Shown one piece after another: positions 1-19,530 of a DNA stretch of 56,872 nucleotides. How positions within the stretch are numbered: the first letter of the stretch is position 1; each line of letters starts with the position of its first letter. A model generated the notes under the pieces. The model was not told where the DNA came from and did not search any database. It worked only from the letters and a program-made list of their open reading frames with translations. The stretch is from Prorocentrum cordatum. Its lineage: Eukaryota. Location: the NCBI GenBank assembly GCA_963575745.1, contig CAUYUJ010000058.1, positions 62,001 to 118,872 of the forward strand, written 5' to 3'. Both the position numbers and the translations under genes were made by a program.

Positions 1-708
1 CGGCACTCTGGGATGAGGAGGATGGGGAGGATGGGGCGGGGCAGGGGGTGGGAGATGGGTGAGGATGCGCATAATGGCAAGGACGACGAAGTGTAGTATG
101 TGGAGCTGGCGGAGGAGGAGGACGAATGAACTAGAGAGGATGGAGCACGGCGTGGGGAATAGTACATCGGAGTCCCCATTTCCCTTGTTCGGCATGGGAA
201 CGGTTCAACCTGTTATGACCTCCTGGCGTGGTCGTGCCACCCATGTTGCGCCAATGCGTGTGAGGCTTCAACGTGTAGGTCTATGGGTGCGACATCCATT
301 GGTCAGGTCTCATAAAGGGGCACACTATCAGAGGGATAGTGTCTCAGACCTTACCCCAGGGCGTGCCCTTTCGCGGCATGCCCATGTCTGTCAATATGTT
401 GGGCACCAGCGAGTTGAATGCTGTTCCAGTGGTGAGACAGCTTCCGTTTTGGACAACTCTCGCTTCAGTTTTCACAGGTATTACTTGGCATCGCTCGGAC
501 GTGTCATTTTTTCTCGGCGAGAACCATCGAGGAGCATCCTGGACCATCGAGCAAAAAAACACGCACGAAACCGAAACATGCACGGGAAATGGACGTCCGA
601 GCGACGCCCAGATTAGGGGCTTCGTTTTGCCATGCCGCGAGCCGCATGCTCGCTCATGCTTTGGATGCGTGTTCTACGCTTCTCTGCGAGGTCATCTGCG
701 ACAGCATC

Positions 709-858
709 AGGAGGAGGAGGAGGAAAAGGAGGAGGAGGGGAAGGAGGAGGAGGAGGAGGAGGAGGAGGAGGATGGGAAGGAGGAGGAGGGGGAGGAGGAG
801 GAGGAGGAGGAGGAGGAGGAGGAGGAGGAGGAGGAGGAGGAGTGAGAGGAGGAGGAGA
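709..858. repeat. (GAG)n microsatellite; similar tracts at 1237-1338, 2138-2196, 15646-15783, 16969-17190, 40180-40610, 41763-42073, 50409-50585, 51582-51679 and 52673-52859
   Basis: Direct reading. Confidence 0.95.
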
Positions 859-1406
859 AGGCCTGAAGAGAGGGCCTGGTTGAGAGTCGGTTGCAACAGC
901 ATCGGGAAGTGCTGGCCTCGTCCTCTGGATTGGAAATCGAAGGGGCGAGATGACGACAACCGTGGACTACCTTCTTGATTACTTCGGCCTCGGGGTCCAC
1001 TTCACAGCCATGTTAGACCTCCTTGGGGCCTCTCAGAGTCACGCTGGAGACCATCTCATGCCATGCTGGCCAATCCTGCGGCAGCTTGGAGGCATCATGT
1101 GGGCTCTTCGTAGGCCATCTTGGGTGCTCCAACCCCGCGCGACCCCCAGTGAAGATGAAAAGGAGCGAGGATGCGAGGGGAGGAGGTGGGAGGGGAGCGG
1201 GCGGGGAGTGACAAGCGCGAAGGAGTCCAGGATGGATGAGGAGGAGGGGGTGAGGAGGAGGAGGAGGCGGAGGAGGAGGAGGAAGAGGAGGAGGAGGAGG
1301 AGGAGGAGGAGGAGGAGGAGGAGGAGGAGGAGGAGAGGCACGTGAAGGACGTGTAGGCGCAAGCGCTCCACTCGTGCGGCGCCCTCCGTGGCCCCCCCAG
1401 CCCATC

Positions 1407-1614
1407 CGACGAGAGCGCGCGAGGGTGCTCCGCGGCCACCCGGCTCGAGCTGCGGGGGGACGGGGGCACGGGCGGCCAGGCCAAGCCGCGGCCAGATACC
1501 GGGCCACCCCCCCCCGCCCCATTCGACGAGAGCGCGCGAGGGTGTTCCGCGGCCACCTGGCTCGAGCTGTGGGCGACGGGGGGCACGGGCGGCCACGCCA
1601 AGCCGCGGCCAGAT
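1407..1614. repeat. Two-copy ~117-bp direct repeat
   Basis: CGACGAGAGCGCGCGAGGGTG...CCAAGCCGCGGCCAGAT at 1407 and 1524. Confidence 0.85.
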
Positions 1615-1791
1615 GCCCGGCGCAGCATGGGCGCGCAGCACGCCCGGGGCAGCGCAGCTCCCGAGGAGGGCGCCCCGGGGGCCGGGCCTCCTGGGGCCGC
1701 CGCGGAGCCTGCGGCCTCGCCGGAGCACGGCGGCAGCTCCTCCGGCAGCTGCGCGGCGCCGCCTCGGAGGCAGTTCCATGCAGAGGAGGAG

Positions 1792-1819
1792 AAGGTACCG
1801 GTAGCGCTACCCTTGGTCC

Positions 1820-1860
<41 letters not shown>

Positions 1861-2079
1861 TTTTTTTTTTTTTTTTTTTTTTTTGCTTTTTTTTATTTTT
1901 TTGTTTTTTTGTTTTTATATATATATATATTATATATATATATATATAAATATATATATATAGATATATATATAGTTCGGCCTCCTGGGAGGCCCTCGTC
2001 GCCCCCGCTGGGTTCGCCTCGGCATCCTTGTCAGACCGCACCCCGGGAGCGGTCCGGGGAGTAGCGGTATCGGTACCTT
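1792..2079. mobile_element. Possible MITE enclosing poly-T and (TA)n
   Basis: AAGGTACCGGTAGCGCTAC (1792-1810) matches the reverse complement of 2061-2079 at 17/19. Confidence 0.5.
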
Positions 2080-2202
2080 TTTGGATTCCCCGTCCCTGAA
2101 GGAAACGGGTCCTGAGGAAAAAGTGTCCTGAGGCAAAGGAGGAAGAGGAGGAAGAGGAGGAGGAGGAGGAGGAGGAGGAGGAGGAGGAGGAGGAGGACCA
2201 GT

Positions 2203-3537
2203 GTCAAGTAAGCCAGCTCGAGCGAGTCAAGCATGGCATGCCCATTCCCGCCCGCCCTCCCACAACATGAGAAACAGTGCTGGCGCAACTGGGGGCCGAA
2301 ATCAGATCGGCAAGGTGGTTCGGCACAGCTGATGCAGCCGCGATGGCGGTTACCGATGGGAAATTCCTGGCGCTGTTCAAAGGCTGCGCTGGCATTTCAG
2401 CACGAGGCACGAGCCGAGGAGGCCCCCGGGAGGCCCCAGGAAGCTTCAGGAGGCCCCAGGAGGCCTCGGGAGGCCCCAGGAGATTGCAGGGGACGCCCCA
2501 GCGAACCCCAGCAGGCCCCAGGAAGTCCCACGAGGCTTCAGAAAGCCCGACGTAGGATGTCTCAGGAAGCCTTGGGGAATCCTAGAAAGCCCCAGGAGGC
2601 CCCAGGAGGATCCACGAGGCCCTGCGGAGGCCCTGGGAAGCGCGAGCTGGAGGCCACAGGAAACCTCAGGAGGCCCCAGGAGAATCCACGAGGCCCTGGG
2701 CTGGCTCCAGGGGCACTATCATGCCCCGGGATGTGCCAGGAGGCCTTGGGAGGCCCCGGGCGCCCGACGAATTGGTGAACGAAACATGTGCGCTGCGCCT
2801 GCGCTGGAGCGCAACTTTCAGAAAACATGCGCTCGGCGTCAAGGCGAGAGCGACATTTCGTCCTGTGGCGACTTGGCGAGTTGGAGGCCCCAGGAAGCCT
2901 CAGGAGCCCCCAAGAGAACCCACGAGGCCCTGGGAGGCATCGGGCGCCCAACGAATTGGCGAGCGAAACGTGTGCGCTGCGCCTGCGCGGGAGCGCAACT
3001 TTCAGAAAACATGCGCGCGGCGCCAACCAGGGCGAGAGCGACATTTCGTCCTGTCGCGCGAGACTGCGCCGCGCCCCATTCTTGCCACGCATTTCGCAAC
3101 GCCGACGACGAGAAAGTCCACGTTGAGAACAGACAGGTCGACTTTGCATTGTTTTTTGAGTGGTAGGATGGCCGCTCCCGCTTGGGGTTGCCCCAAATGT
3201 TCGCGCGCGATGTGCGCCGCGTCCCGTTCCTGCCCCGCATTTCGCATCGTCGACGACAAGACAGGCCACGTTGAGAGAAACATCAACAGCTTGTTCATAT
3301 TTTGTTACAGTTCCGATGGGAGGGCCCGGATTGACGGCCGCGCGCGATGTGCGCGCGTCCTACTCCTGCTACGCATTTCGCATCGTCGACGACAGTAAGG
3401 GCCATGCTGAGAGAAATAAGCGACGACGGTGTGTGGTTTTTTTTTACAATTAGGATGGGAGGGCCCGGATGGGGCCGCTACCGGCCGGCCAGAGGGGGGA
3501 GTAAGAGTGTAGTTATTCTAATAAGGGATGAGGATAA
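2203..3537. mobile_element. Dispersed composite repeat family A, uninterrupted copy
   Basis: GTCAAG.AGCCAGCTCGAGCGAGTCAAGCATGG..., then an AGGCCCCAGG satellite, then ...GAGCGCAACTTTCAGAAAACATGCG...AGGATAA. It is colinear with 5424-5921 plus 7439-7998. Confidence 0.8.
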
Positions 3538-4950
3538 ACCCCAACAACCATCAACGATGTTTGAATCAACCCTCCCCCCAAGCTTCCTCCTCATAGGCCC
3601 CATACAACGGTTCCTTTCCATTGACGGAACTGCCTCTTTGGACGACAGCCGTTTGGAGACCCTGAAGCATGCCAACACATTGTTCTCGGGATTCCAACGC
3701 CACGGATCAACGTGACTGTTGCGTCTTGTCAACCCGGAATCGTGCCAGAACGCCATTCTTGGGACAACACAGCGAATCACCTTAACTGTTGCACCCACAT
3801 AATCCGGAATCGCTTCAAAACGCTATTTTTGGCACGCTGATGATGGGAATCCGTGAAATTCTTGCAACTGTTTGAAACGAATGTGCGCCGCGCTGGGGCG
3901 AAAACCACACTTCGAAAAGGAACCGCCTGCAATCAGTGAAATGATTACAAAGTCTTGTCTTCACGCTTCGCGTCTCCCCGCCAGCCCATTCAGAAACCGT
4001 GCCCTTCAGAACTAACGGGAAAAAGGACAAAGAGACACATCTAAGGAACAAAGCGAGCAAGGGGGTGGCGGGGTGGCCTTGGAAGGTCTCTTCGGGCCAT
4101 CCCTGGGTGCCGCGTGGGGGCGAGGGGAAGAGGAGGAGGAGGAGGACGAGGAGGTGGACGAGGACGCGGATGAGGACGAGGACGAGGAGGACGAGGACTA
4201 GAATGAGGACGACGCGGACGAGGACTAACTCATGGAACCATCTAGAGGTATTATATTATTGCGGTTGTTGTTGCTGCTGGTGCTCTTTGGGGGTTTGGGG
4301 GGCCCTCTCGGAACCCTCTTGGTAACCCTGGAAGGCTTCTTGGGACCATCTTGGAGGCCATCGATTGCAGGAGGCGGGGTCCCCAAATCTACACCCCCCT
4401 CAGGAGCCGGCGAACCGCTTCTTGGGGCTCTCTTGGAGCGCTCATGGGCGCTCTTGGAGCGGTCTTGGGGCCGTTTGGAGCATCTTAACAGCAATCTTGA
4501 GCCAGCTTGGGCTATCTGAGCCATCTTATCTTGGAGGTCATTTGGGGCTGTCTGAGACCGCTCGGGGGCCTCTTGGGGACGTCTCGGGTGCCTCTTGGGA
4601 ACCTCTTGGGATCCTCTTGGAGCCCTCTTGGGGCTCTCGTGGGGCTCTCTTGGGGGCCCTGGAGCGCCTCTTGCGGCCATCTTCGAGGCGACCGATCAAA
4701 GGAGGGAGGGTCCCCGATCGGCGACCCCCCCCCCCCCTCGGGGGCCACGATCCTCGTGAGGGTTGTCAAAAAATGACCCTCCCAAGGGCCGATCTTGGAC
4801 GCTCCAACAGATCGCGGCCCCTCCCGTCCAGGTCAACGGGAGGGGGTGGGGGGATGGGTAAACCCCTCCCCGGGGGGGAAGACAGGTTTTGGAGGAGGGA
4901 AGAAAGTCACCGTCAGACCACTTGTCGCCCAAAGGGCTAGTTGGGTTTTT

Positions 4951-5290
4951 TAAACGTATGTGTGCCGCGCTAAAACGATAACCACATTTTGAAAACGACC
5001 AGCCTTCAACCCGTGAGTATTTTGCAAATGTTTACAGCGAATGTGCGCCGCGCTAAAACGAGAACCACATTTTGAAAACGGCCCGCCCTCAATCCGTGAA
5101 GCTCTTGCAAATTTTTAAAGCGAATGTGCGCCGCGCTAAGGCGAGAGCCACACTTTGAAAACGACCCGCCCTCAATATGGGAAGCTCTTGCAAATGTTTA
5201 AAACGAATGTGCGCCGCGCTGAGGCGACAACCACATTTTGAAAGCGACCCGCCCTCCATCTGTGAAGCTGCTGTCACTTTTCAAGCTTCA
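4951..5290. repeat. ~83-bp tandem repeat; related unit at ~3870-3945
   Basis: ATGTG(C/T)GCCGCGCT anchors at 4958, 5042, 5124 and 5207. Confidence 0.85.
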
Positions 5291-6214
5291 GAATCATAGA
5301 TGGTGAGGAGGTCGCAGGCGAAACGCACGGCCCGCCCTAAAAATTGGCCTCGGGGTGCGACAGGGAGAAGTTGTTTGTAGCAGGAAAGTAGGAGTGATAG
5401 TAGGAATAAGAGTAGAAGTAGGAGTCAAGCTAGCCAGCTCGAGCGAGTCAAGCATGGCATGTCCATTCCCACCCGCCCTCCCACAACATAGAAAACAGTG
5501 CTGGCGCAACTGGGGACCGAAATCAGATCGGCAAAGTGGTTTGCCACAGTTGATGCAGCCGCGATGGCGGTTACCGATGGGGAGTTCTTGGCGCGTCTCA
5601 AAGACTGCGCTGGCATTCCAGCACGAGCCGAGGAGGCCCCAGGAAGCCTCAGGAGGCCCCAGGAGGCCTCAGGAGAAGCCCCCGCGACCCCCAGGAAGCC
5701 CCAGGAGGCCTCAGGAATACCAAGGAACCCCCAGGTAATTCCAGGAGGCTTCAGGAAACCATAGGAAGTGTAAGGAAGCACTGGGGAATTACAGGAAGCC
5801 CCAGGATGCCTCAGGAGGTTCCAGGAGGATCCACGAGGCCCTGGGGAAGCCCAGGATGTCCCAGGAGACCCTACGAGGCCCCAGGGGGCCTTAGGCGCTC
5901 GACGAATTGGCGAGCGAAAAATTATCCCAGCAAAGCAACCTAACAGCGATGTGTATAAGCATATCTAGAAGCATCCCCCTTAAGATTCAGGTGAGAATCC
6001 AGTTGTAGAATTCTGCTGTTCTCGCAGTCGCAGTCGCATTCGCAATGACAGTCGCAGCGGCAACGGCCTTAGGATCCAATATAATCCTAAGGATTCCTAA
6101 GGATTCCTGAGGATGTTTAACTATGCACTATGCCTACGGATTCCTAAGGATGCCGGCGGATTCCTGAGGATTCCTAAGGATTCCTATGGATTCCTACGGA
6201 TTCCTACGGATGCC

Positions 6215-6952
6215 TCCGCCTGCCTCAGTTTCAGCTTCAGCCTCAGCCTGCCTCGGCTTGCCTCAGCCTCAGCCTCAGCCTGCCTCGGCCTCAGCCTCAG
6301 CCTGCCTCAGCCTCAGCCTCAGCCTGTCTCGGCCTCAGCCTGCGTCAGCCTCAGCCTCAGCCTCAGCCTCAGCCTCAGCCTCAGCCTCAGCCTCAGCCTC
6401 CGCCTCAGCCTCAGCCTGCCTCGGCGTGCCTCCGCCTCAGCCTCAGCCTGCCTCGGCCTCAGCCTGCCTCGGCCTCAGCCTGCCTCAGCCTCCCCTCCCC
6501 CTCCCCTTCCCCCCCCCATTCAGCTTCACCTTGTCTCAGCTTCGGCCTGCCTCGGCCTCATCCTCAGCCTCAGCCTCAGTCTCAGCCTCAGCCTGTCTCG
6601 GCCTGAACCTGCCTCGGCCTCAGCCTCAGCCTGCCTCAGCCTCAGCCTGCCTCAGCCTCAGCCTCAGCCTCAGCCTCAGCCTGTCTCAGCATCAGCCTCA
6701 GCCCCAGCCTCAGCCTGCCTCAGCCTCAGCCTCAGCCGGCCTCAGCCTCAGCCTGCCTCAGCCTCAGCCTCAGCCTGCCTCAGCCTCAGCCTCAGCCTGC
6801 CTCGGGGTCAGCTTGCGTCAGCCTCAGCCCCAGCCTGCCTCAGCCTCAGCCTGCCTCAGCCTCAGCCTCAGCCTGCCTCGGCGTGCCTCAGCCTCAGCCT
6901 CAGCCTCAGCTTGCCTCGGCCTCAGCCTGCCTCGGCCTCAGATTGCCTCAGC
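6215..6952. repeat. (CCTCAG)/(CCTG) mixed microsatellite
   Basis: Direct reading. Confidence 0.95.
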
Positions 6953-6979
6953 TCGGGCACTCGAAATATGGCACAGGAC

Positions 6980-7310
6980 TAGTGTTCTGGAAGCACGAAG
7001 ATCACGAAGTGGCCCACAGTTGGCTCCGGGCAATCAAAATATGGTGCAGGAGTGATGTTCTGGGAACGCAAAGAACACGAAGTGGCCTACAGTTGGCTCC
7101 GGGCATCCAAAATGTGGCCCGGGAATGGAGTTCTGGGAAGTCGAAGAGCACGAAGTGGCCTACAGTTGGCTCCGGGCATCCAAAATGTGGCCCGGGAATG
7201 GAGTTCTGGGAAGTCGAAGAGCACGAAGTTGCCTACAGTTGGCTCCGGGCATTCAAAATGTGGCCCGGGAATGGAGTGCTGGGAGGTCGAAGAGCACGAA
7301 GTGTGTGACT
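6980..7310. repeat. 73-bp tandem repeat (~4.5 copies)
   Basis: CGAAGT anchors at 7005, 7078, 7151, 7224 and 7297. Confidence 0.9.
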
Positions 7311-7999
7311 GTTTGGTTAAAACGAGCCCGGCCCTGAGTCCGGCCCTCGCTGTCCGGATGCCGCCCAGACCTCCCTTCTGAGTCATCAGATGCTCTCTTT
7401 TGACGCCACTAGAAACCTATCAGTCTTCGCTGTTAGGTAATGTGCGCCGCCCTTTGCGGGAGCGCAACTTTCAGAAAACATGCGCGCGGCGCCAAAGCGA
7501 GAGCGACATTTCGCCCTGTCGCGAGCGATGTGCATCGCGCCCCTTTCCTGCCACGCATTTCGCAAAGCCGACGACAAAACAATTTCCACTGATAAGAAAC
7601 ATGCCGACTTTGTATGGCTTTTGACAGGTAGGATGGCCCTTCCAGCATGGGGTTGCACCAGACGTCCGCACCCGATGTGCGCCGCGTCCCGTTCCTGCCA
7701 CGCGTGTCGCATCGTCGACGACAAGGCAGGCCATGTTGAGAGGAGCAACGGGGACTTCGTATTGATTTTTACAATGACGACGAGAGGGCCCGGATTGACG
7801 GCCGCGCGCGATGTGCGCCGAGTCTTTTTTGCTACGCATTTCGCATCGTCGACGACAATAAAGACCATGTTGAGAGAAGGACGACGTCTTTGTATTGTTT
7901 TTTAAATCGTTGAGATGGCAGGGAACGGATGGGGCCGCTATCGACCGGCCGGAGGGGGGAGTAATACTATCTTATATTCTATGGAGGAATAAGGATAAC

Positions 8000-14907
<6,908 letters not shown>

Positions 14908-16176
14908 TAGGGGTGCACATGGTCTTTGTGTCGCTACAAACTTCACCTTCGTGTACTCTTCTTTTGTATCAGGCCTGATAGAACTCCTACCAGGGGAATT
15001 ACGAAAACCGTAGTTTCAAACCTGGCCTTCGTGTCTTTCGCGCCAATGCCTACCTTCGTGCACTATTAGCTGTAGAGGCTGTAGATTGGATTCGCATGAG
15101 AAAGTGAACAAGAAACGGCAGTTTTACACCTGTCCTTCGTGTCGACGTCGGATTTGGAGCAACCGCCACTGCCAGCCGCTTCATTTCGGTACAATCCTCT
15201 CGAGGATCGTGGGCCTGGCCCTCCAACGCGCGATTCCGGCGCGCACTTCACTAGGATCGTGGCCCTGGTCCAATTGGGAGCGCTGCCGAAAGCCCACCGA
15301 CGTCCAATTCCGGCGCGCCGCTCACGAGGATCGTGTCCGGGCCCACTTGGGAGCGCTGCCGACGGCCCACCGGTGAGCAATATCGGCGCACCCCTCACAC
15401 GGATCGTAGACCTCGCCACATTTGGATCGCCTCCCGACGCTGAAGTTCGGCACACCTCTCACATGGATCGTGGCCCTGGCCCAATGTGGAGCGCTGCCGA
15501 CGGCCCACCGACGCCTAATGCCGGAACATCCCTCACGAGGATCGTGGCCCTCTGGTCCACTTGAGAATGGGTTTTCATTAGGACGTCGTTCTGGTTTTAT
15601 TCGGGAGCGCATTATGGTTTTATTCGTTTCTGGTTCGTGATGGTTAGGAGGAGGAAGAGGAGGATGAGGAGGAGGAGGAGGAGGAGGAGGAAATGGAAGA
15701 GGAGGAAGAGGAGGAGGAAATGGAAGAGGAGGAAGAGGAGGGGGAGGAGGAGGAGGAGGGGGAGGAGGAGGAGGAGGAAGGGGAAAACGATCAGGAAAAC
15801 TTCCACAATGGGTTTGCGAACCTCACCTTCGTGTATTATTGGCTCTATAGCCCCAGTATTGTTTTCTTACGAGCCAACGGCGAAATTGTGGTTTTCCGAA
15901 CCCCTTCTTCGTGTATCATTAGAATCACTGGGCTACCGAACCTCATCTTCGTGTGCTAATAACTGTATAGCCCCTGTATTGTTTTTCTACCAGCGAATGG
16001 CGAAATTCTAGGTTTCCGAATTCCTGCTCCGTGTACAATTAAACTCCGACAATTATAGGTTGTTTTGTTTGGTTTTAACAGATTGTGTAGAACCCGAACC
16101 CGAACCCTCACCCTTACCCTTACCCTCACCCTTACCCATGCATTCCTGGTAGACACGAAGGTGAAGCTTGACCCTA
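14908..16176. mobile_element. Non-autonomous TIR element (hAT-like TAGGG...CCCTA ends) inserted in the (TAG)n tract
   Basis: Subterminal inverted repeat CAA(A/G)CTTCACCTTCGTGT (14937-14954 vs 16153-16170). GTAGTTG lies on both flanks (14901-14907, 16177-16183). Internally there is a ~70-bp tandem repeat (15200-15560), (GAG)n and telomere-like hexamers (16091-16137). Confidence 0.6.
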
Positions 16177-16968
<792 letters not shown>

Positions 16969-19317
16969 GAGAGGAGGAGGAGGAGGAGGAGGAGGAGGTG
17001 GAGGTGGAGGTGGAGGGTGAGGAGCAGGAGGAGGAGGACGAGGAGCAGAGGAGGAGAAGAGGAGCAAGGAGGACAGGAGGAGCAGGAGGAGGAGGAGCAG
17101 GAGAATCCGAGGGATCAGGAGGAGGACGAGGAAAAGAAGGAGGAGGAGGAGGAGGAGGAGAGGAAGGAGGAGGAGGAGGAGGAGGAAGAGCGGAAACGGG
17201 TCCTCGGGCCCTCCATGGGGCTTTTCGAAGAACAAAAACAGGATACATATAAACTTTCGACGTTCCGCGCGGAGCCCCCTGGTGGCGCCTCCGGCGCCGC
17301 CGTTGGCGCGCTCCGCGCGCCACGGAGGGGTCTCCAGCCTAGATCCAAGAAATCCGCGCGGACCTCCAACAGTTTATGTTTGTGCCATTTTGTCTTCTGT
17401 CTTCTTCCTTTTCGAGCCTTCAGGGCCCTCCTCGGGTCCCGGGACAGGCCCCGGGGTCGAGGACCCGTCTCCCCCGGGATCCGTTTTTCTTTCATGATGC
17501 CAGAGGCTGCACCTGTTCCCTTGTGGCGGGGCCTACTACGGGGAGTCAGTGGGAGGCTTGCCGCACGGCCACGGCGTCGGGATGTCCGCGGACGGCGCCT
17601 TCTATCGAAGACGCCTGCGGCGGATTACGGCCGCCCCTCGAAGAAGCAGCAGTTGCATAGACATCGATTTTCGGATCTCCGAACGGGCTCCTCGGATCTG
17701 CACTGGAACCCCCTAGCCGGGGCTCCGCGCGCCAGGGAAGGTGGCTCAGTGCAGATCCCAGAAATGCCTACGTGGTCGAACGATGCGGCCAGGGCTTGGC
17801 CGAACTCTACAGGGCTGGAGCGCCACGAGTGGATTGGAGGATGAGCGCAAGGTGAGTCTTTCAGCTGCGGGGGGGCGCGGGCGTTTGCCGCCGCGCAGGG
17901 GTCAGGGGTAATTGGGAAACGCTCAGGGAAATCCAGGGCGGCAGGTAGAGGAAGAACGGGGGAGGGGGAGGGCAACACAGCGGGCGGGAATGGAGAACAT
18001 AGTGACCAGGCGAGATGCTCTGATAGGGGGAGCGATGTGGGCGGAGGCCGCAGGTGGAATTCCTTCGGAAAGCCTTGGGACGTTCAGACACCTCCGCCCG
18101 GAGGCCGGCAGGGGGTTCAGCGGCCCTTGCCTTCCTGACTTTGCGGGCGGGGCGCGACAACGCACCCGACCTGTACCCCGTCCCTTTCGCTAGGTGCCGG
18201 TCTGTACGTGCACGCCCCGCGCGAGACATCCAGCACGTGCAGAATTACACTCAGCCAGGTACTAGGTGTAGTTATGTACGTGCTGGTTTTGCCGGAGACA
18301 TCCTCACAAAACGGACCACTTATAGAACTACACCTGGCCAGCGGGGCGGGGTGTATGTCGGGTGCCGCCACTCGCGTTCCCAACGTGTACCGCGCCCCGG
18401 CCGCTAAGTGCCGTTCTGTACGTGCCCCTTTTTTCGCGAAGCATCGGCTGCCCGCGCTGCCCATCGCCGAGGCCCCGCCCCCGGGGCCGCTTCCCACCGA
18501 CATCCCACATCCGCTGGCTCAGCGAAGCCAGCCGTATGCCTGGGGGCCTCAACCTCGCGCGGCCCGCTTCCCTCCCCCGCCTGTGCCCCAGCAGCAAATT
18601 CGCGATCCGGTCCCCCGCGCTTTCGGGTTCTTCTTCGCGCCGGATTCCTCGTCCGTGGGTGAATCGCTTGTTCGTGTTATGATTATTCTTGCGGCTGCCG
18701 CCAAGCCTCGCCGTGAGAAATGGTGATCGCTTCCACGCTCGGCGCGCAACTTAGTCGGCGCGCCCATCGCTTTCCATCGCATGTCGCGAGGCGGTGTCCG
18801 TCCACCCAGATCGACCGACGCGCTGAATCGAATTATGATTGCCACCCCTGGTCCCCGCAACAAAGTGCAATTCTGCTGTGTGTAGTTGTAGATGTGTTCG
18901 AAAAGAGCAACCTGAACGTAAATAGCGGCCCAGCACGCCCCCGCGCAGCCCGCGATACCCTTCCGGCGGGTCTCCAGGCCTCCAGGAGGCCTCCAGAACC
19001 CCCAGGGGGTCCGGAAGATCCCACACCCCTGAGGAGCCCTGCAAGCAAAATCCGCGAGGCACAAACCAAAAACGGCGCCGAACAGCGCCGAGGGACTGGA
19101 ACGACATGGAAATCCCACAACTATTGTTTTTTTTTGGTTTGGCCCCCGGTCCACTCTTGCACAGCAGACCATAATTCTGACCCCCTTCACCTCCAAGAAA
19201 AACCAAGGAAGCCCTTGAGGGCCCCAAATCGTCGAATACCTAAAGGAAATGAATAATTTCTGCGTTTCCGCGCTTGTCCTTCTATGCGATTCCCAGGCTT
19301 GCGCAGGGCCTCCAAGG

Positions 19318-19530
19318 TGCGAATACAGATCAATATCCGTCCCACCAAGCACTTGATGCAAACACAAGATGAGATACATATGATTCATGTATATGCGTAT
19401 TCAAAGCAAAACGTGAGTAGGTGCGTCCACATTCCGGCCCAGCTTATGAGCCACAACGGCCATGGGCGGAAAGGGAAATATAATTCATTATCACCCTAAA
19501 TATCACATCCTTGCCTATCTGATCTGCACA
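19318..19530 (-). repeat. 3' LTR of the copia element
   Basis: TGCGAATACAGATC...ATCTGATCTGCACA. It shares long blocks with 28173-28387, e.g. TCAAAGCAAAACGTGAGTAGGTGCGTCCAC and GCCCAGCTTATGAGCCACAACGGCCATGGGCGGAA. Confidence 0.9.

Larger units (their letters stand above)
5922..7438 (-). mobile_element. Non-autonomous element with asymmetric terminal inverted repeats (Helentron/Helitron2-like), carrying a (CCTCAG)n satellite and a 73-bp tandem array
   Basis: ACCTAACAGCGA at 5938-5949 is the reverse complement of TCGCTGTTAGGT at 7427-7438. One copy is terminal and the other ~16 bp subterminal. The element is inserted in an A run of family A with no TSD. Confidence 0.65.
5424..7998. mobile_element. 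Family A second copy, interrupted by the insertion at 5922-7438
   Basis: The left part matches 2203-2968 and the right part (7439-7998) matches ~2970-3537. Confidence 0.8.

Noticed and set aside
170..500. Complex sequence as a possible gene or LINE fragment (also 3540-3800 and 17500-19300)
   Set aside because: No recognisable motif in any frame, so no call can be supported without a homology search.
6113..7055. Pro/Gln/Ala/Ser-rich ORFs (also 35394-36692)
   Set aside because: They are (CCTCAG)n translations, and the second spans an N gap.
6980..7310. CRISPR-like periodicity of the 73-bp units (also the 53-55.6 kb array)
   Set aside because: The inter-anchor sequences are homologous rather than unique spacers, and the context is eukaryotic.
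16091..16137. Telomere or interstitial telomeric repeat
   Set aside because: Only ~8 degenerate hexamers (AACCCG/ACCCTT/ACCCTC), none canonical CCCTAAA, and they are internal to a TIR element.
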